This document shows positions 24,851 to 37,479 of a DNA stretch of 64,000 nucleotides, in pieces. The position numbers and the translations under genes are program-made. Source of the stretch: the human T2T-CHM13v2.0 reference genome, Homo sapiens; the NCBI RefSeq assembly GCF_009914755.1, contig NC_060932.1, one strand, 5' to 3'. Below the pieces are notes generated by a model. That model searched no databases. It was given only the letters and a program-made list of their open reading frames with translations, and was not told the DNA's origin. Positions within the stretch are counted from its first letter, which is position 1; every line of letters starts with the position of its first letter.

Positions 24851-25437
24851 TGACAATGATAGCAGGCAGCCAAATGCCTAGGCAGATAGGGACAGGTACC
24901 TGTGAAACCCCACCTTCAAGCCAAAAACAGCCTGAAGGCTGAAAAACCCGACTGCTGGTCCCAGTGAAACCTGTGACCCAGAGTAAGAACTTCTGTTCCT
25001 GTTTCCCCTCCTTTATCTGACTGATTCTTTCTGAATAATGCCTTTTAACCAATCAATTGTTGCCTTTTCCAATACTACCTATGGCCTGCCCCTCCCCGAT
25101 TCTGAGCCCATAAAAGCCCCAGACTCAACCATATTAGAGGGACTTTTCTGCCTTTGGGTAGGGGGACCACCCCCATGTCCCCTCTCTGCTGAAAGCTATT
25201 TTATCACTCAATAAAACTCCCTGCCTTATTCATTCTTCAATTGTCAGCACCTCCTCATTCTTCTTGGGTGTGGGACAAGAACTCAGGAATTGGTGTGCAA
25301 GCCAGACTTGGCCCTGGTAGGATGAGTAGGTGGGCCATTTCCTGCAGCAGGCAGCATTGCCAAGGGAGGGCCAGGTGGGGTGTCACTGGCTGGAGGTCCC
25401 CGGTTTGCAAAGTGACCAAGAAGAAAATCTCGTGTCA
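24851..25437 (+). mobile_element. ERV1 solo LTR (LTR27-like)
   Basis: TGACAATGATAGCAGGCAGCCAAATGCCTAGGCAGATAGG...GAAACCCCACCTTCAAGCC; CCAAT at 25049, CATAAAA at 25109, AATAAA at 25210; TSD ACAT/ATAT. Confidence 0.88.
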
Positions 25438-26519
25438 ATATCTACACAGAGAACAAATAATATCTGGGGGGATATTTTCAGTAGAAAACATTAGAATTTT
25501 CTGAGCTCAGCCACTCAACTGAGTAATTATAAACATTTTTTTTATGTAACCAGCATGTATTGTATTAGGTATTGTAGGAAACCAAAACCAAAAGATATAT
25601 ATATATATATATATTTTGTCCTCAAGGCCCTTCAAATCTAGTTGTGGAGATTTATGTACACGAATAATTTTAGTATGGAAGAATATGTAATATGTTATAA
25701 TGGAAGCACAATAAAAATGTGAATTTAGACAAAGATGAGTTTACTTCAGGAAGAGACAAGATTAGGCTAAACAATGAAAATAGTTACTTTCAAGATCTAC
25801 CTTGAAAACTGGGTACAATGTAGGCATACAGCTGCCTGGAGGAAGGCTCCCTGGTAGAACGAGTTTAGGGAGCAATGGTGCAGAACTGAAAAAGCATAGG
25901 CACATTAAAGAACTGCAGACATTTGAAGTTAATGAAGAGCCTGTTTTTTTGGCACTGAACACTGCTCTGTTCTTAGAGTAGCTGCTTATCAGACTAAATC
26001 GAAGTGAGTTGAAATTCATCATCCATGAGCCAAGAAATAGTTATCAATACAAGATTTATACTGAGACAAGTACAGTGGTATAAATAAAAGGTGTTTAGCT
26101 CTTCCAGAAATCAACCATTCCAGCTTCCTGCCCTTGGGCCAGAAAGTACCTAAGGTTTGCTCTGTTTAAATGACATATGGAGGAAGAACTTTCCACAACT
26201 TTCTTGTGGAGAAAAACTTTAACATATTTTGCTGGAACAAAAGTGGTGGAAAGTCTTTCCACATATGCCATTCAAATATTCTTGTAATTCAGCATGGAAC
26301 AATTAAAGACACAATCTATAGAATTAATTTTGTCATAATTTTAAATATTTTACTAGCATTTGCTGAGAAAACCATAAAGTGTTGCATTCTTTTGTGGGAC
26401 ATCCACATGCCAATAATAAAATGCTTTGATCAAATAAGAGTTTATAAATGTAAAGTAGCAGATTCTGTGAGCCTTGTAATTTGTTTCTTAAAATGTTAGC
26501 TCATACTAGGATAAGGTCT

Positions 26520-26700
26520 TCAGTATGGAGTCATGGATAGGAAGATTTTGGGCCCAAGGATTGTGGATCTTAGTTCTAGGCTTGGCTTTGCCACCCTCTG
26601 GCTATGTAATTTTGGACAAGGCCCTGACAACTCAGTCCCTCAGTTACTATAAAATGGCAGTGTCTCAAGGCCTCTCCAACTCTTGAAATTATATGTTTTG
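26520..26700 (+). mobile_element. MIR-family SINE fragment
   Basis: GTTCTAGGCTTGGCTTTGCCACC...CTATGTAATTTTGGACAAG...CCTCAGTT. Confidence 0.6.
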
Positions 26701-27126
26701 TAACAACAAAATGAACAGTAAATTTATTTTCAGTTTAAAACTCCTCCAGATTGTCAAGATTAAAACAAAGGAGCAGAGTCATAAATCAGAATGAAGGCTC
26801 GAAAGTGAAAGGAATGTGTCAAAACAATATTGTTCTCCTAAACCCTTTTCTAAAGGTGTAAATTGCAATCTGACACAACTGCCATTCTGAGGTGCCATAC
26901 TGAGTTGTTTTGTTTAACAATGAGTTTAATCAGACAAATAGTTCCAGAGGACAGGAAAACAGGGGCCATCAATTTTTAAATGTGGAAGCCCAGTAGAATC
27001 ATCTGTTTGCCTTAGGCCAGGCAACTGTGACCCAATGGCAACAGAAAATAACAGGGAGAAATATTTAGGAAGTTGTTTATTAGTATAATGTCATGAAGGT
27101 TTTCCATAAACTGAAATAGATGTTAC

Positions 27127-27605
27127 TGTTACTTATTCTACCCTCTTATGTTCAGTACTTGGAGGCCTGTAAATTAAACTGACAAAAGGCAGACTAGCAA
27201 GAGAAGAGATGGATTTTTATTCACACAGGCGCATACAAGAGATCACAGAAAAAAAAATGTGGCTTAAAGAGGTGATTAGAAATTGGGGTTTATATACCAT
27301 TTTAATAGGGAAAGCGTTGGGAGTGAAGGACATTTATCAAAAACAAATGACTTTTAGAAAATATGAATGAGCCCTTAGGGGAGTAGATGGGAGATATGAT
27401 CGTTTCTTGACAATGTCTGTTTAGGTGTGGTGTGGAGACTTCTCCTCTTCAGTGAAGATAGTTGAATAGCTTTCAGGGAGAGTGCTTAGGATGATGGAGT
27501 TCTTTTGGGACACTGCTTATAAGCAGAAAAGAGATTTCAGGAACTCAAATGTCTTCTATTAAAAAATATTTTTTATGCCACAGTAGCATATTCTGGGCCT
27601 CTTCA
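27127..27605 (-). mobile_element. ERV1 solo LTR (MER34/MER90-group-like)
   Basis: TAAATTAAACTGACAAAAGGCAGACTAGCAAGAGAA...TTTTATGCCACAGTAGCATATTCTGGGCCTCTTCA; candidate TSD TTAC/TTAT. Confidence 0.75.
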
Positions 27606-29344
27606 TTATCCTCGAATATTTAGTATTACCTAATTTATAGTAAAAATCAACCATTTGGACATTTAGATAAATGTTTGGTGGAATTCAGTCAAATTAAAAT
27701 TTCCATTTACTGAGCTTAACATGAACTTAGATGAAGAAAACTGTGTTTTAATATTCATGGATATGTGGTGATATAGGGACTCATCAGTTTGTCCCTATTG
27801 TTCCATTTCTGAAGCACAGGACTTGTAGCTCATTGTTTTTCTGTTTGAGTCATTTGATGGCATGGAATAAAATAGTGTAACAGCTGAAAACTTGACACTC
27901 AAAATATTTGCCCACCATAGAAGTTGACTTATTTAAAATATATGATTTCTAATTTCAAAAGTAATCTTTAGTTCCTATTTTAAACTTATTTTTTGTACCT
28001 AAAATTAATGCTTCATTTTATTGTATCCTCATATTATGTAAATTGAAAAAAACTTACAATTATTATATATGTGGACATATTAATTTGAACCACGTAAAAT
28101 TGCCATTTGTTAGATAAAAAGCAGAGAAATATTGCCAATTACATACATAATTTTTTGTAATTGGAACACACAAGCACACAAATTACTGACAATAACTTGG
28201 ACAGAAGCTTTGTGTTTTACTTTTATTTTGGTTCTATTTATTTTCCCCACAGCTGAGCCTAGTGCTATTGACAGTTTAGTATGTGTTTGATGAATACTTG
28301 GTGACGAATTGTTGTCAGATTGATTAAATAGACTGTGGGACAGACTTTTAAGTGGCTCAGCCAAATATGGAGAAATAAGAAGCATTTAGCTGTCATAGAC
28401 AAAGAACAAATAGACAAAGAAGAGCCTGGGTATATACATGCATTTGGTGGACATGTGAATGGAGAAGTAGAATTGGGATTCTGGGCTGTCTAAAATCAAG
28501 AAAGAAAACCAAGTGCAAATTTTCTACCCAAAGATGCCCTGCAAGAAAATGGTGAAATATTTATTGTCTTCAAGATCAACATTGTTCTAGTGCACACCTC
28601 TAATTAGTTCTTTCTGAGCTAGAAAAGCTAATTAAAAAATACCTACACACTGCATGGATATGATACTGCTGTGTGCTCTGTGATGAATGGGCTCACACCT
28701 AGGATTGTCATCACATCCAAACCCCTAAGGAGGAAAGATTCAAGACTCTGTGTGCTAGATGCAATCCCAAAATGCTAAAAATGGGTAAATTAATATGCAC
28801 ACATATGTGTGACTTGAGATGAAGATATCACTTTCAGGTAGCAAGAGGAATTTACCAGCAGTGTCTTCTGTTAGGCAGAAGCAATCAGGGATGAGTAAGC
28901 AGACTTTTAAATTTAGACATTTATTTAGGTGTTCTTTTTTTTTTTTTTTCTTTTTGTCATGTGGGGCTGCCAGGCTCAGTCTAATATAAAATCGAGTCTT
29001 TTCAATTGAATAAAGCATGGAAAGAGAGAGTGTTCCAGACTCATTGTGGCCAGGGAAGATGGAGTTTCTGATAGCCTAGGGAAGAAAAAAAAAAAAAATC
29101 TCCCTTTTCTCCTCTGGCCCTTGTTAAAAGCTAAATCTGAAATTTTTAAGGGAATAAATTGCTCTGTCATTTGCCAGTATTTTATTTTTGCTTCTTGCTG
29201 AACATTGATCCCATCATACATCTGGAGAAAACTCTTTAGAGTAGAATCAGTGGGTACCTGTGTGCCCTGCTGGAACAACTAGAAGGCAAAACTGAGTTTA
29301 CCATAGAAGACAGGAGATGAGACATGTGGATGAACTATAGCCTT

Positions 29345-29575
29345 ACCAGGCTATAGAGTTAGGTGGAATTGGGGTTGAACCTTGTTTTTTTGTATTTTCT
29401 AGTTGTGTGACTTTCAGCAATTTAGCTAACTTCGCTGAGACTCAGTTTTTTCACCTGTTAAATGGGAATAATCCCTAACGATAATCTCACTGTAATGAAT
29501 AAGGGAGGTAAAGTTTAAAAAAGCACTCAACATACTGTGTGATACATATTAAGTGCCCCAAAAATGGCAATTTGA
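29345..29575 (+). mobile_element. MIR SINE
   Basis: TAGTTGTGTGACTTTCAGCAATTTAGCTAACTTCGCTGAGACTCAGTTTTTTCACCTGTTAAATGGGAATAAT. Confidence 0.8.
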
Positions 29576-29817
29576 AAATAAAAAAAGCCTTTTTGATGGT
29601 TGCTTGCTCCCAATCTTCAGAGAAACCAACAGCCCACAACTATCAGATGATAATCTCATTGTAATGAATAAGGGAGGTAAAGTTTAAAAAAGCACTCAAC
29701 ATAGTGTGTGATATATATTAAGTGCCCAAAAAACGGCAATTTGAAAATAAAAAAAAGCCTTTTTGATAGTTGCTTGTTCCCAATCTTCAGAGAAACCAAC
29801 AGCCCACAACTATCAGA
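29480..29817. repeat. 169-bp tandem duplication (2 copies, about 95% identical)
   Basis: Copy 1 29480-29648, copy 2 29649-29817; 7 substitutions and 1 indel counted by eye. Confidence 0.95.
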
Positions 29818-32800
29818 GACTGAGATAAACACATTTCATGCAAAGAAGACCTTAGGGAAGGTTAAGTGAAAAGAATACTCTTGGGTGAGAGAAGTATCAA
29901 GAGGAAGCTAAGCCCAGATGAATGCCCAATATTTACTCTTCCCTTCTGGTCCACTGCAGAGCGTATCCACAAGATCTGGAACTGATTCACACATTAAATT
30001 TGACAAGCAGTGTTGCCTTTCTTTTTAATTCAGCCTTCTCCCTGAACTTATTCCTTCTAGGATCTCTCCAGTCTTACAAGGCTCACCAAAATGGAACCAT
30101 TGCTACTCTAAGATGGAAGTACATGTCTTCCCCTCTACAAAGTTACAGAAGCTGCCACATATTTGCCCAAATTTATGGCCTTTTCTCCTTTCAGTATTAG
30201 TCTTGGGTCAGCACTGGATTGACTAAATATAACTCCACATTTGTTAGTTCTAAGACTTTATTGTCATGAACACCATCCAATCAGTGGAACTCTTTGTATT
30301 TCTAATTTTATTGAAGGCCACTGTCGGATAATGTGAGTTCAGCACTTTAACCTGAAAAGAAGTCAAAGAAGTCTGAGTGGTTTGAAGGGTCTATGTAGGG
30401 GATAACTTCCAGGGTGCAGGATTCCAGAGGTCCAAGACAGAGACTGGTGTGAGCGGGAAAGACCATGATGCTTCAAGCTCCAGCTTTTTTATTAATCACT
30501 TGTTTGACACTCTGCCAAAGAATGTTCATCCCTGGGGAGAGATTTCAGGTCTTAGGGTCATGACCTGAGAAAATGTTGAAGTTTGGGGATACAGCATTGC
30601 TAATTACATCCCCTCTCCTTTTCTCCTGTTCTTGGTATTTCTAAGCTGTTGAAGTTGATACATCAAAGAACGGATGACAGCAGCAGGTGTGGCTTCAGGT
30701 TCTGGACGACCCATGGACATTCTTTTCTAGGAGCTGGGGGTCACTGGGATCTTTCACTAGTGCTTCCTGAAAGATTCAAAGAGCCTTCTTCATCATTATT
30801 TATGTGGCGCTTCCTTCATCATCTATATTTCCTTTAATTTCTATGCCGATGGCCTAGTCTTAAAACCAACAAATGTGACAACCTGAGTCCTTACATGCAG
30901 AGCTGAAGTCAGGTATTTAAAGAGCGTTATGGAGGTGCAGACAAGAATATAGAATCTCTCTGTGAAAACTGCATGAAGATATTCTGAGTACTTTTCACTT
31001 CTTCCCACAAAACTTGATCAAAAACATAGAGAAAATAAAACTTTTGTGGTTCAATTCCAAGTATTTCTTTAAAAGAGCCTCTGAAGATGGTCTACAAGCC
31101 AGATCTATTAACTCACTTTCAAGCTAATGCTCCCAAAGTGTGATGTGATCTCACTGTGGTTAAAAAAAATCTGTTTAAAGGTATAGAAAAGAAGAATAAC
31201 TATTGAATAGGATATTTAGAATGAAAAACTGGACACAAACTGTGCTGTCCACTTTGAAATCATATAAAAAGCAGTAATGTGGATAGCACTATATAGCAAA
31301 AAGCTGACTGATATGCCTTCTCATTGAAGATAATGAAAATCCAACTGTGAGTGCTTGTCAGGACCTCTTTGAAAATTCTGCATTGCCTCTGCACACCCTC
31401 AAGCACAGTCATGTCTCATGGCCTTATCTGACACTGTCTTAGTCTTATAGGAAATGCTGGAGACTCACTATTTATATGACATGACCACCTATCCGTAGCA
31501 CCAGCGTATAGCTCAGCAAGGTATAACTATGAATTTTTCTTATTGTTGCTGTTGAAACTATAGAGGATTAAAGATTTCCCAAAGTTCAATCTAGGTAATC
31601 CCTTCTATAGGATTATCTCACTGTATGGCTTTCTGGGTATATTTGTTTCAGAAAAGATAAAACAGATTTCAAATTCCTAAATCTGGAGGTGACATTTGTT
31701 TATTGTGCAGATAACATTGATAACTTGTGTGTGCGTGTGTGTGTGTGCTTTCTACATGTTCACAGATTATCCCATGAGAAATCTCTAAATGAAAATTCTA
31801 AAGAAATGGGTTTTTTTACAAACTATAATTACTTTAATTACAGGATAATTATATAAATAATGTATTTAAATGTAGGTTTCAGTTTTCTTTGTTTTCTAAA
31901 TATTATCATCTTTCAGTGTTTTCAGATGTGTAAACAGGAAACATTTAAGTTTAGATGAAGAGCAGGTGAACTGCCTATGATACAAGTAGAGACAATCAAA
32001 AGATGATTAGGCTATTGAAAACTGCCTAACTAGGTGCTAATTTTTAAGTGAGCAGGTGTACTTAGTCATTATAACTTTAAAATGAAAATATATTTGAATT
32101 AAGCCAACACTCCCCCCAACATTAAAATATCATTAGAGGTCTGACTGGTACTGACTAATTCCAGCAAAGGCAAAAAAGGTGGAAATTCAATGATGAGACA
32201 GGAAGCCCCTCCAAAATGAAGAAGCATTAAAGAGGAAACTGTAGGCTTCTAAAGAAATGCTGAACCAGTTTCATAACACTTTATTAACTTTCTTAGAATA
32301 TGGCCCAAACATCATTAATGTGTTAAGATTAATATTTTAGCTATTGTTGAAAGATGATAAACTTTGCACAGAAATTGCACAAAGTAAGAAAGATCTTATA
32401 ACTACCGTGGGTAAAAATCAACTGGTGTATTTTTTTTTCTTGATTCTGTTGTTTTTCTTGTTGCTGCTGAAATGCATCAATGCACTGTTAGCTGCTCATG
32501 TGGAACACACAAAGACCTGATTCTGAGTCAAAGGGAGATAGTAAACTTGTGACTAAAGCATGAACATTAAATTTCAAAGTGGTGTGACATACATAATACT
32601 CATTTAATTCACGTATGGCTGCACCTGAAATTGAAAGCCTAGTTTTTATCAAAAATTAATGCAACCAAATAAAATAAACGTATATGGCATTCGGTATAGA
32701 GCTATTTTAGATCCATTAAACACTGAGAAAGAATGTAAACTGTTTTTAAGTATGCAGGTGATGTTGAAAACATTTAGCAGTTTAATAAATTTGTCTTCTG

Positions 32801-35800
32801 TGCACAAAATTATACTTCAATGATCTGAAAGAGTTTAAGAACTTATGAAAAGGGAAAATACACTGTCACAAATTCAAATATATACTAAGAATCTGGATGA
32901 AATTGTATAAACTACATATATTTGAATAGGTATATGGTATGATGCAATCAACTTCCAGCTACGTCGCATTAGCCTTCAAATGTTGCTAATGCTCTCATCC
33001 TTTGACTTCCTCATCCCATCTGCTATGAATAACCCATTATGGATTTTCAATTTATTTATTTTCTTTCAGCCTCAAAATACTGGTAGGCTTTGCTCTGGCA
33101 TGCACTAAAATGGGCTTGCTCTACTGAATGCTTCAATAATTGCTTCAGATTTTTATTCTAAAATGATATAGCCAGTTTTGTGGAACTTCTTGGTGTCCTA
33201 TCCTACTTTTTTGTCTGTCACAAAAGAAGTAAAGCAGAATTGCATTTGATTCCATCTGCTTTGTGTAGGCACACTGCATATGCAGAAAGGTGTCATTGGC
33301 AAATATTTCAAGCTTAGGGAATCGTGTCCATCAGAAGTCACAGATAGTTTTTCTATAGTTGAAAAAGTAAGTTTGCTGAAAAACTAGTGCTGGCACTATA
33401 AACTACCATTTTGGATAAACTCAGAATAAAGAGAGAACTCGGGCATAAAAAAAGATTAAGGTAATGCACTAGTTTATATAAGGCTAAAAATTCTTGTTAT
33501 GGTCTAATTTCAATGTCACGAATATGACAAAAGGAAATAATCACAGAAGAATTTGGGGTGAGGAGAGGTCAATACTTGTGTCAGTGATTCTCCAAGGGGA
33601 ATGAACTGATCCCTTTATGTTTATTTGAATACGACACCATGCTATATGCTGTGTGTACATTTAGAGACATCTAAGTGATGTATATGAATTGTCATAACAA
33701 CATTTTCTGACCTCAATCATTACCTGTATGGATATGACACATCCAAGACTAATCTGTAACACAGAAGCCCAATGAATATGTGTTGTTTGAAAGAATGAAC
33801 AAATGGGCAGCAAACTCAAATATTCCTCTATATACAGGAATTCTTATTTTCCCACCACAACTACCATTTAACTTCTCTTCATCTCTCCCACTTTTTTTCT
33901 CCTAAGGTATTAATGTCTAAAGTTTATTCTCTTTCTCTTTATCTCCTTCTTCTCCTCAGACTGGTTTAATGTAGAGTCTATGGGATTCTTAATTCCACAA
34001 TGGAATTTCCAGGATATTCATCAAATTCGGTTTTTCTTTAAGACATTTATGAATCTCACTTTAGCCCCTTATGTACTCAAACTCATCCTGATAGTGTCTT
34101 TAACCATACAAAGTGAAGTCGATAGAAAGGGGAACCTTTTAACTTATGTTTATTTCTTAACAGTTACGTATTGAACATTTATGGAATAAGGAAGTAAACC
34201 AGGCACTTGTATTGTTCCTAACTGAAAATCAGTATAACTTAAGCTTGGAGGGGCTAAATGCTCTGGCAAGACCATGCATTCATTAAGTGCTAAATTTGGA
34301 CCTAAAATGACACCTAGAATCTGGTTCTTTCTACTGTATTATGCAATCTTCTCATTGTGTTTTCTTTGGAATAGAAGACTCCAAGACAATTACTGAGTAT
34401 ATTAAATGCAATAAAATAAGGAAAAACAAAACCAAAACATTGAGAAGACCTGGAAGTAGGTAAGAGACAAAGATATGCATCCTCTAGTACTGTTCTTCGA
34501 ACTAGGAATACATTTGTCTTTCTTGAAGCATGAATGAAATTTTAAAAACTTCTCATTGTGAGCATAATAAAATCACTGAATTTTCTCCTTTTATAGCTGA
34601 ACTTCCTTGTTTATTTTACACTTTATTTTACTTGTGACCCTTAATATAAGGTATCTCCAATTTTTTCATAAAAAGAGGTGTGCAGTATAAGTGAATGAAT
34701 GTATTTGGGTGAACCTGGTGTCAGCCGTTACCCTGTCCACTGTAGGTTGACTCCACATAGGCCCCCTGTGAACCAGTATTCCAAGCTAGATAGGTCATTT
34801 TCAAGTTCATACATAGCATTTAATAACAATTAACAATTTCATATTTTTCACTAGTGATTTGGGGTTCCTCCAGGAGGGTATTACATTGTACCCAGAAAAG
34901 TCATTCTCTCTCCCCCTTTCCTCCTTCTCACAGGTTCAAAATCATTTCCATTTTGTTAGGCGACAAACACCTGTTCACACAGGCACAGGAGCCTTGTCTT
35001 CTGCCTCAGAGTAGATTTCTTAAAACTTCTCCCAAAAAAGACTGGGGACAGGGGTGAGACCTCTCACAGAAGGATTCTCCTAACCACCATAAAAGAAGAG
35101 TGTTGTTATTGCTAAACAAATAAACACACCAACGTAGATATTTTAGGAGAACGCTTGGGGTACTATTATCTATTAAGGAAATTATACTATTTCTCATGGC
35201 TTATTTTGCAGTGACCACTTCTGAGACATAATGAAAACTTCTGTTTATATTCTTTCTTCAGATAATGAACGTGTAGCAGTCTTATTTATCAAGCAGAAAG
35301 TAGGTCCTTTCCTGGAATGCCTTTCTATCCACACTCAAAATGGAGAAAGTAGCTATTTGAGTTGATCGTATGATAACTACAACACTTTGTTTTCCCATTT
35401 GGAAACAAATTGGGGAAAGAACTTTACAGAGTAGTTTATAAGGTAAGGAAATTGTGTACCTGGGCCCTCCTAGGCTCCAGGGATCCTCCAGCAGCCAGTA
35501 GCTTTGGCAGGCCTCATGCTATCAAAGCTAAGCATCAGTCACCAAGAGACACCAACATTGACCAACATGGAGTTTATAAGATGTTCCATGTGCACTCTTA
35601 TATTTTTCCTGCTTGGGTCCACAATGCCATAAAGTGAGCATAATAAGCATTAACATGAAACATGACACAAACTGAAAAATCAGCAATACCAAAAGGCAGC
35701 ATTTTCAAGAAACTGCTTGCTCCCCATCACTCTGCACAGAATTCTAAGTTGGCAAGTTGCGAATCAGTTCAATTCTATTACATAGAGGAGTTACTTTGTA

Positions 35801-36444
35801 ATCCCAGTGAGGAGAAAAGGGAGTTCTTTTCTTACCAATGAAGCCCTGCCACAGCACAGCTGACTTTATCTGAATTTCATTTTCCATGTTGCAAGTTGCA
35901 CAACTATCAAGTTTGGGTTGCTTTGCATTATGACTGCATTCATCCCCAGGGGAAGAAAATGGGCATTTGGTACTTTTTTGTTGTAAGAAAAAAAAAAAAA
36001 GCTCTAGCAGGTTCACCTTAGTTGGTTTCTCAAATACAACAATAACTGCCTACACTTTGAGGTGTAGGCATTATCCTTTCAAGTATACAACCAGCACCTA
36101 AACATTTTTTTAACAGCCAAGCTTCTCAAAAAGGTTTTCTACTCACTTTCTCCCTATCTCACTCCCAATCATGACTCCACACGGTCCCAGGCACCAGTTT
36201 TGAACCACACATCATTTGCTAAGATAAACAATGAAGTCCATGCAGCCAGTAATAAAGCACACACCTTACTTGATGTCTTTGTACCTTTTCACATGAATGA
36301 AATTTTCTCTTTGTGCAACTTCTCATTTCATGCCTTCTTCTACACCATCTGACTTTTCTGGCTTTATTTTTCTTACTCTCTGGCTATGCCATTTGAATCT
36401 TCTTTGCCATTTTTTTTTCTCCTCTACCTGAGTTCTGAAACTCA

Positions 36445-37442
36445 CTAGTCTTGTGACAATTGAGCACTTGAAACATGGCTAGTTTGAATTAATATGTGTT
36501 GTAAGTGTAAACTATACACCAGATTTTTAACACTTAGTATGAAAAATAATGTAAGCTATCTTAATAATATGCAGTTGATTTTCATTACTCAGAGTATAAA
36601 AGTTCTATAAAGTATCGGAAACACTGAATTAGCAAATACTGAACTATTGTTCTCAAGGGAAATAAAGGGCTATGTTCCTGCAAGCCTCTGGTCATCAATG
36701 GATCAATAAATAACTTTGTCATGTAGGTTTCTGTTTAAATGCAAATTATTGATTCCTTAATATTGAACTCACAGCCCACTCTACTGTAACTCAGGCTTAA
36801 ATGAAGCTTATCTTACACACATTTTCTTTGGAAGATACATCATAGCATCTTACTTTTAGGAACCATAGTCAGAATTTCAAGCACTACGCTTGGGGGACAT
36901 TTAAAACCATAAAATTATCAAGAAAAAGCACCAAAAATGCAAAAAATATGACACTAAACAGACCATGAAAAGGATATTTGTTTACCATAGGAGAACTGAA
37001 ACAGGAAGGCAGAACACCTTTTTGTTTGATGTCAGCTGGGAATACGCACATCAAGTGGCTTAAATTTTTGCTGTTCTGTGCATGTCTGAGAATGACTACA
37101 AAACACTGTAAGTATTGATTTGGGGGTTACAAACAAATGTTAGCTAGTAGGTGAATTCACAAATATGAAATCTATAAGCAAGAAAGATTGGCTGTAATTT
37201 ACTTTGATTACATGTTGAAATGATAATATATTGGAGATATAGAGTTAAATACCTCATTACAAAGTTGTATATTGATTGCAAATGGAAATGATAGTATTTT
37301 GGGTGTGCTAAGATAAGCAAAATATATTTCAAAATAAATTTCTTCTTTTTCTGTTGACTATATTTAATGTAGCCACTAGAAAATTCATGAATATATTTGT
37401 GGTTCACATTGGCTCTTATTGTATTTCTATTGGATAGTGCTG
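36445..37442. mobile_element. MER33 (hAT-Charlie) interrupted by MER82
   Basis: TTGAGCACTTGAAACATGGCTAGT...GTAAGTGTAAACTATACACCAGATTT; resumes TTGATTACATGTTGAAATGATAATAT...ATTTCTATTGGATAGTGCTG. Confidence 0.85.
36572..37194. mobile_element. MER82 (TcMar-Tigger) DNA transposon
   Basis: CAGTTGATTTTCATTACTC...AACACTGAATTAGCAAATACTGAAC...GATTGGCTG followed by TA; the left TA reads TG. Confidence 0.88.
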
Positions 37443-37479
37443 TAAGACATCAAGAAGTTTCACAGGACTGGGTGTTGAC

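Noticed and set aside
30300-30900. Possible processed pseudogene on the minus strand (fragments such as MMKKAL*IFQEALVKDPSDPQLLEK)
   Set aside because: Multiple stops, no parent protein recognised, and no poly(A) tail or TSD; a BLASTX search would be needed.
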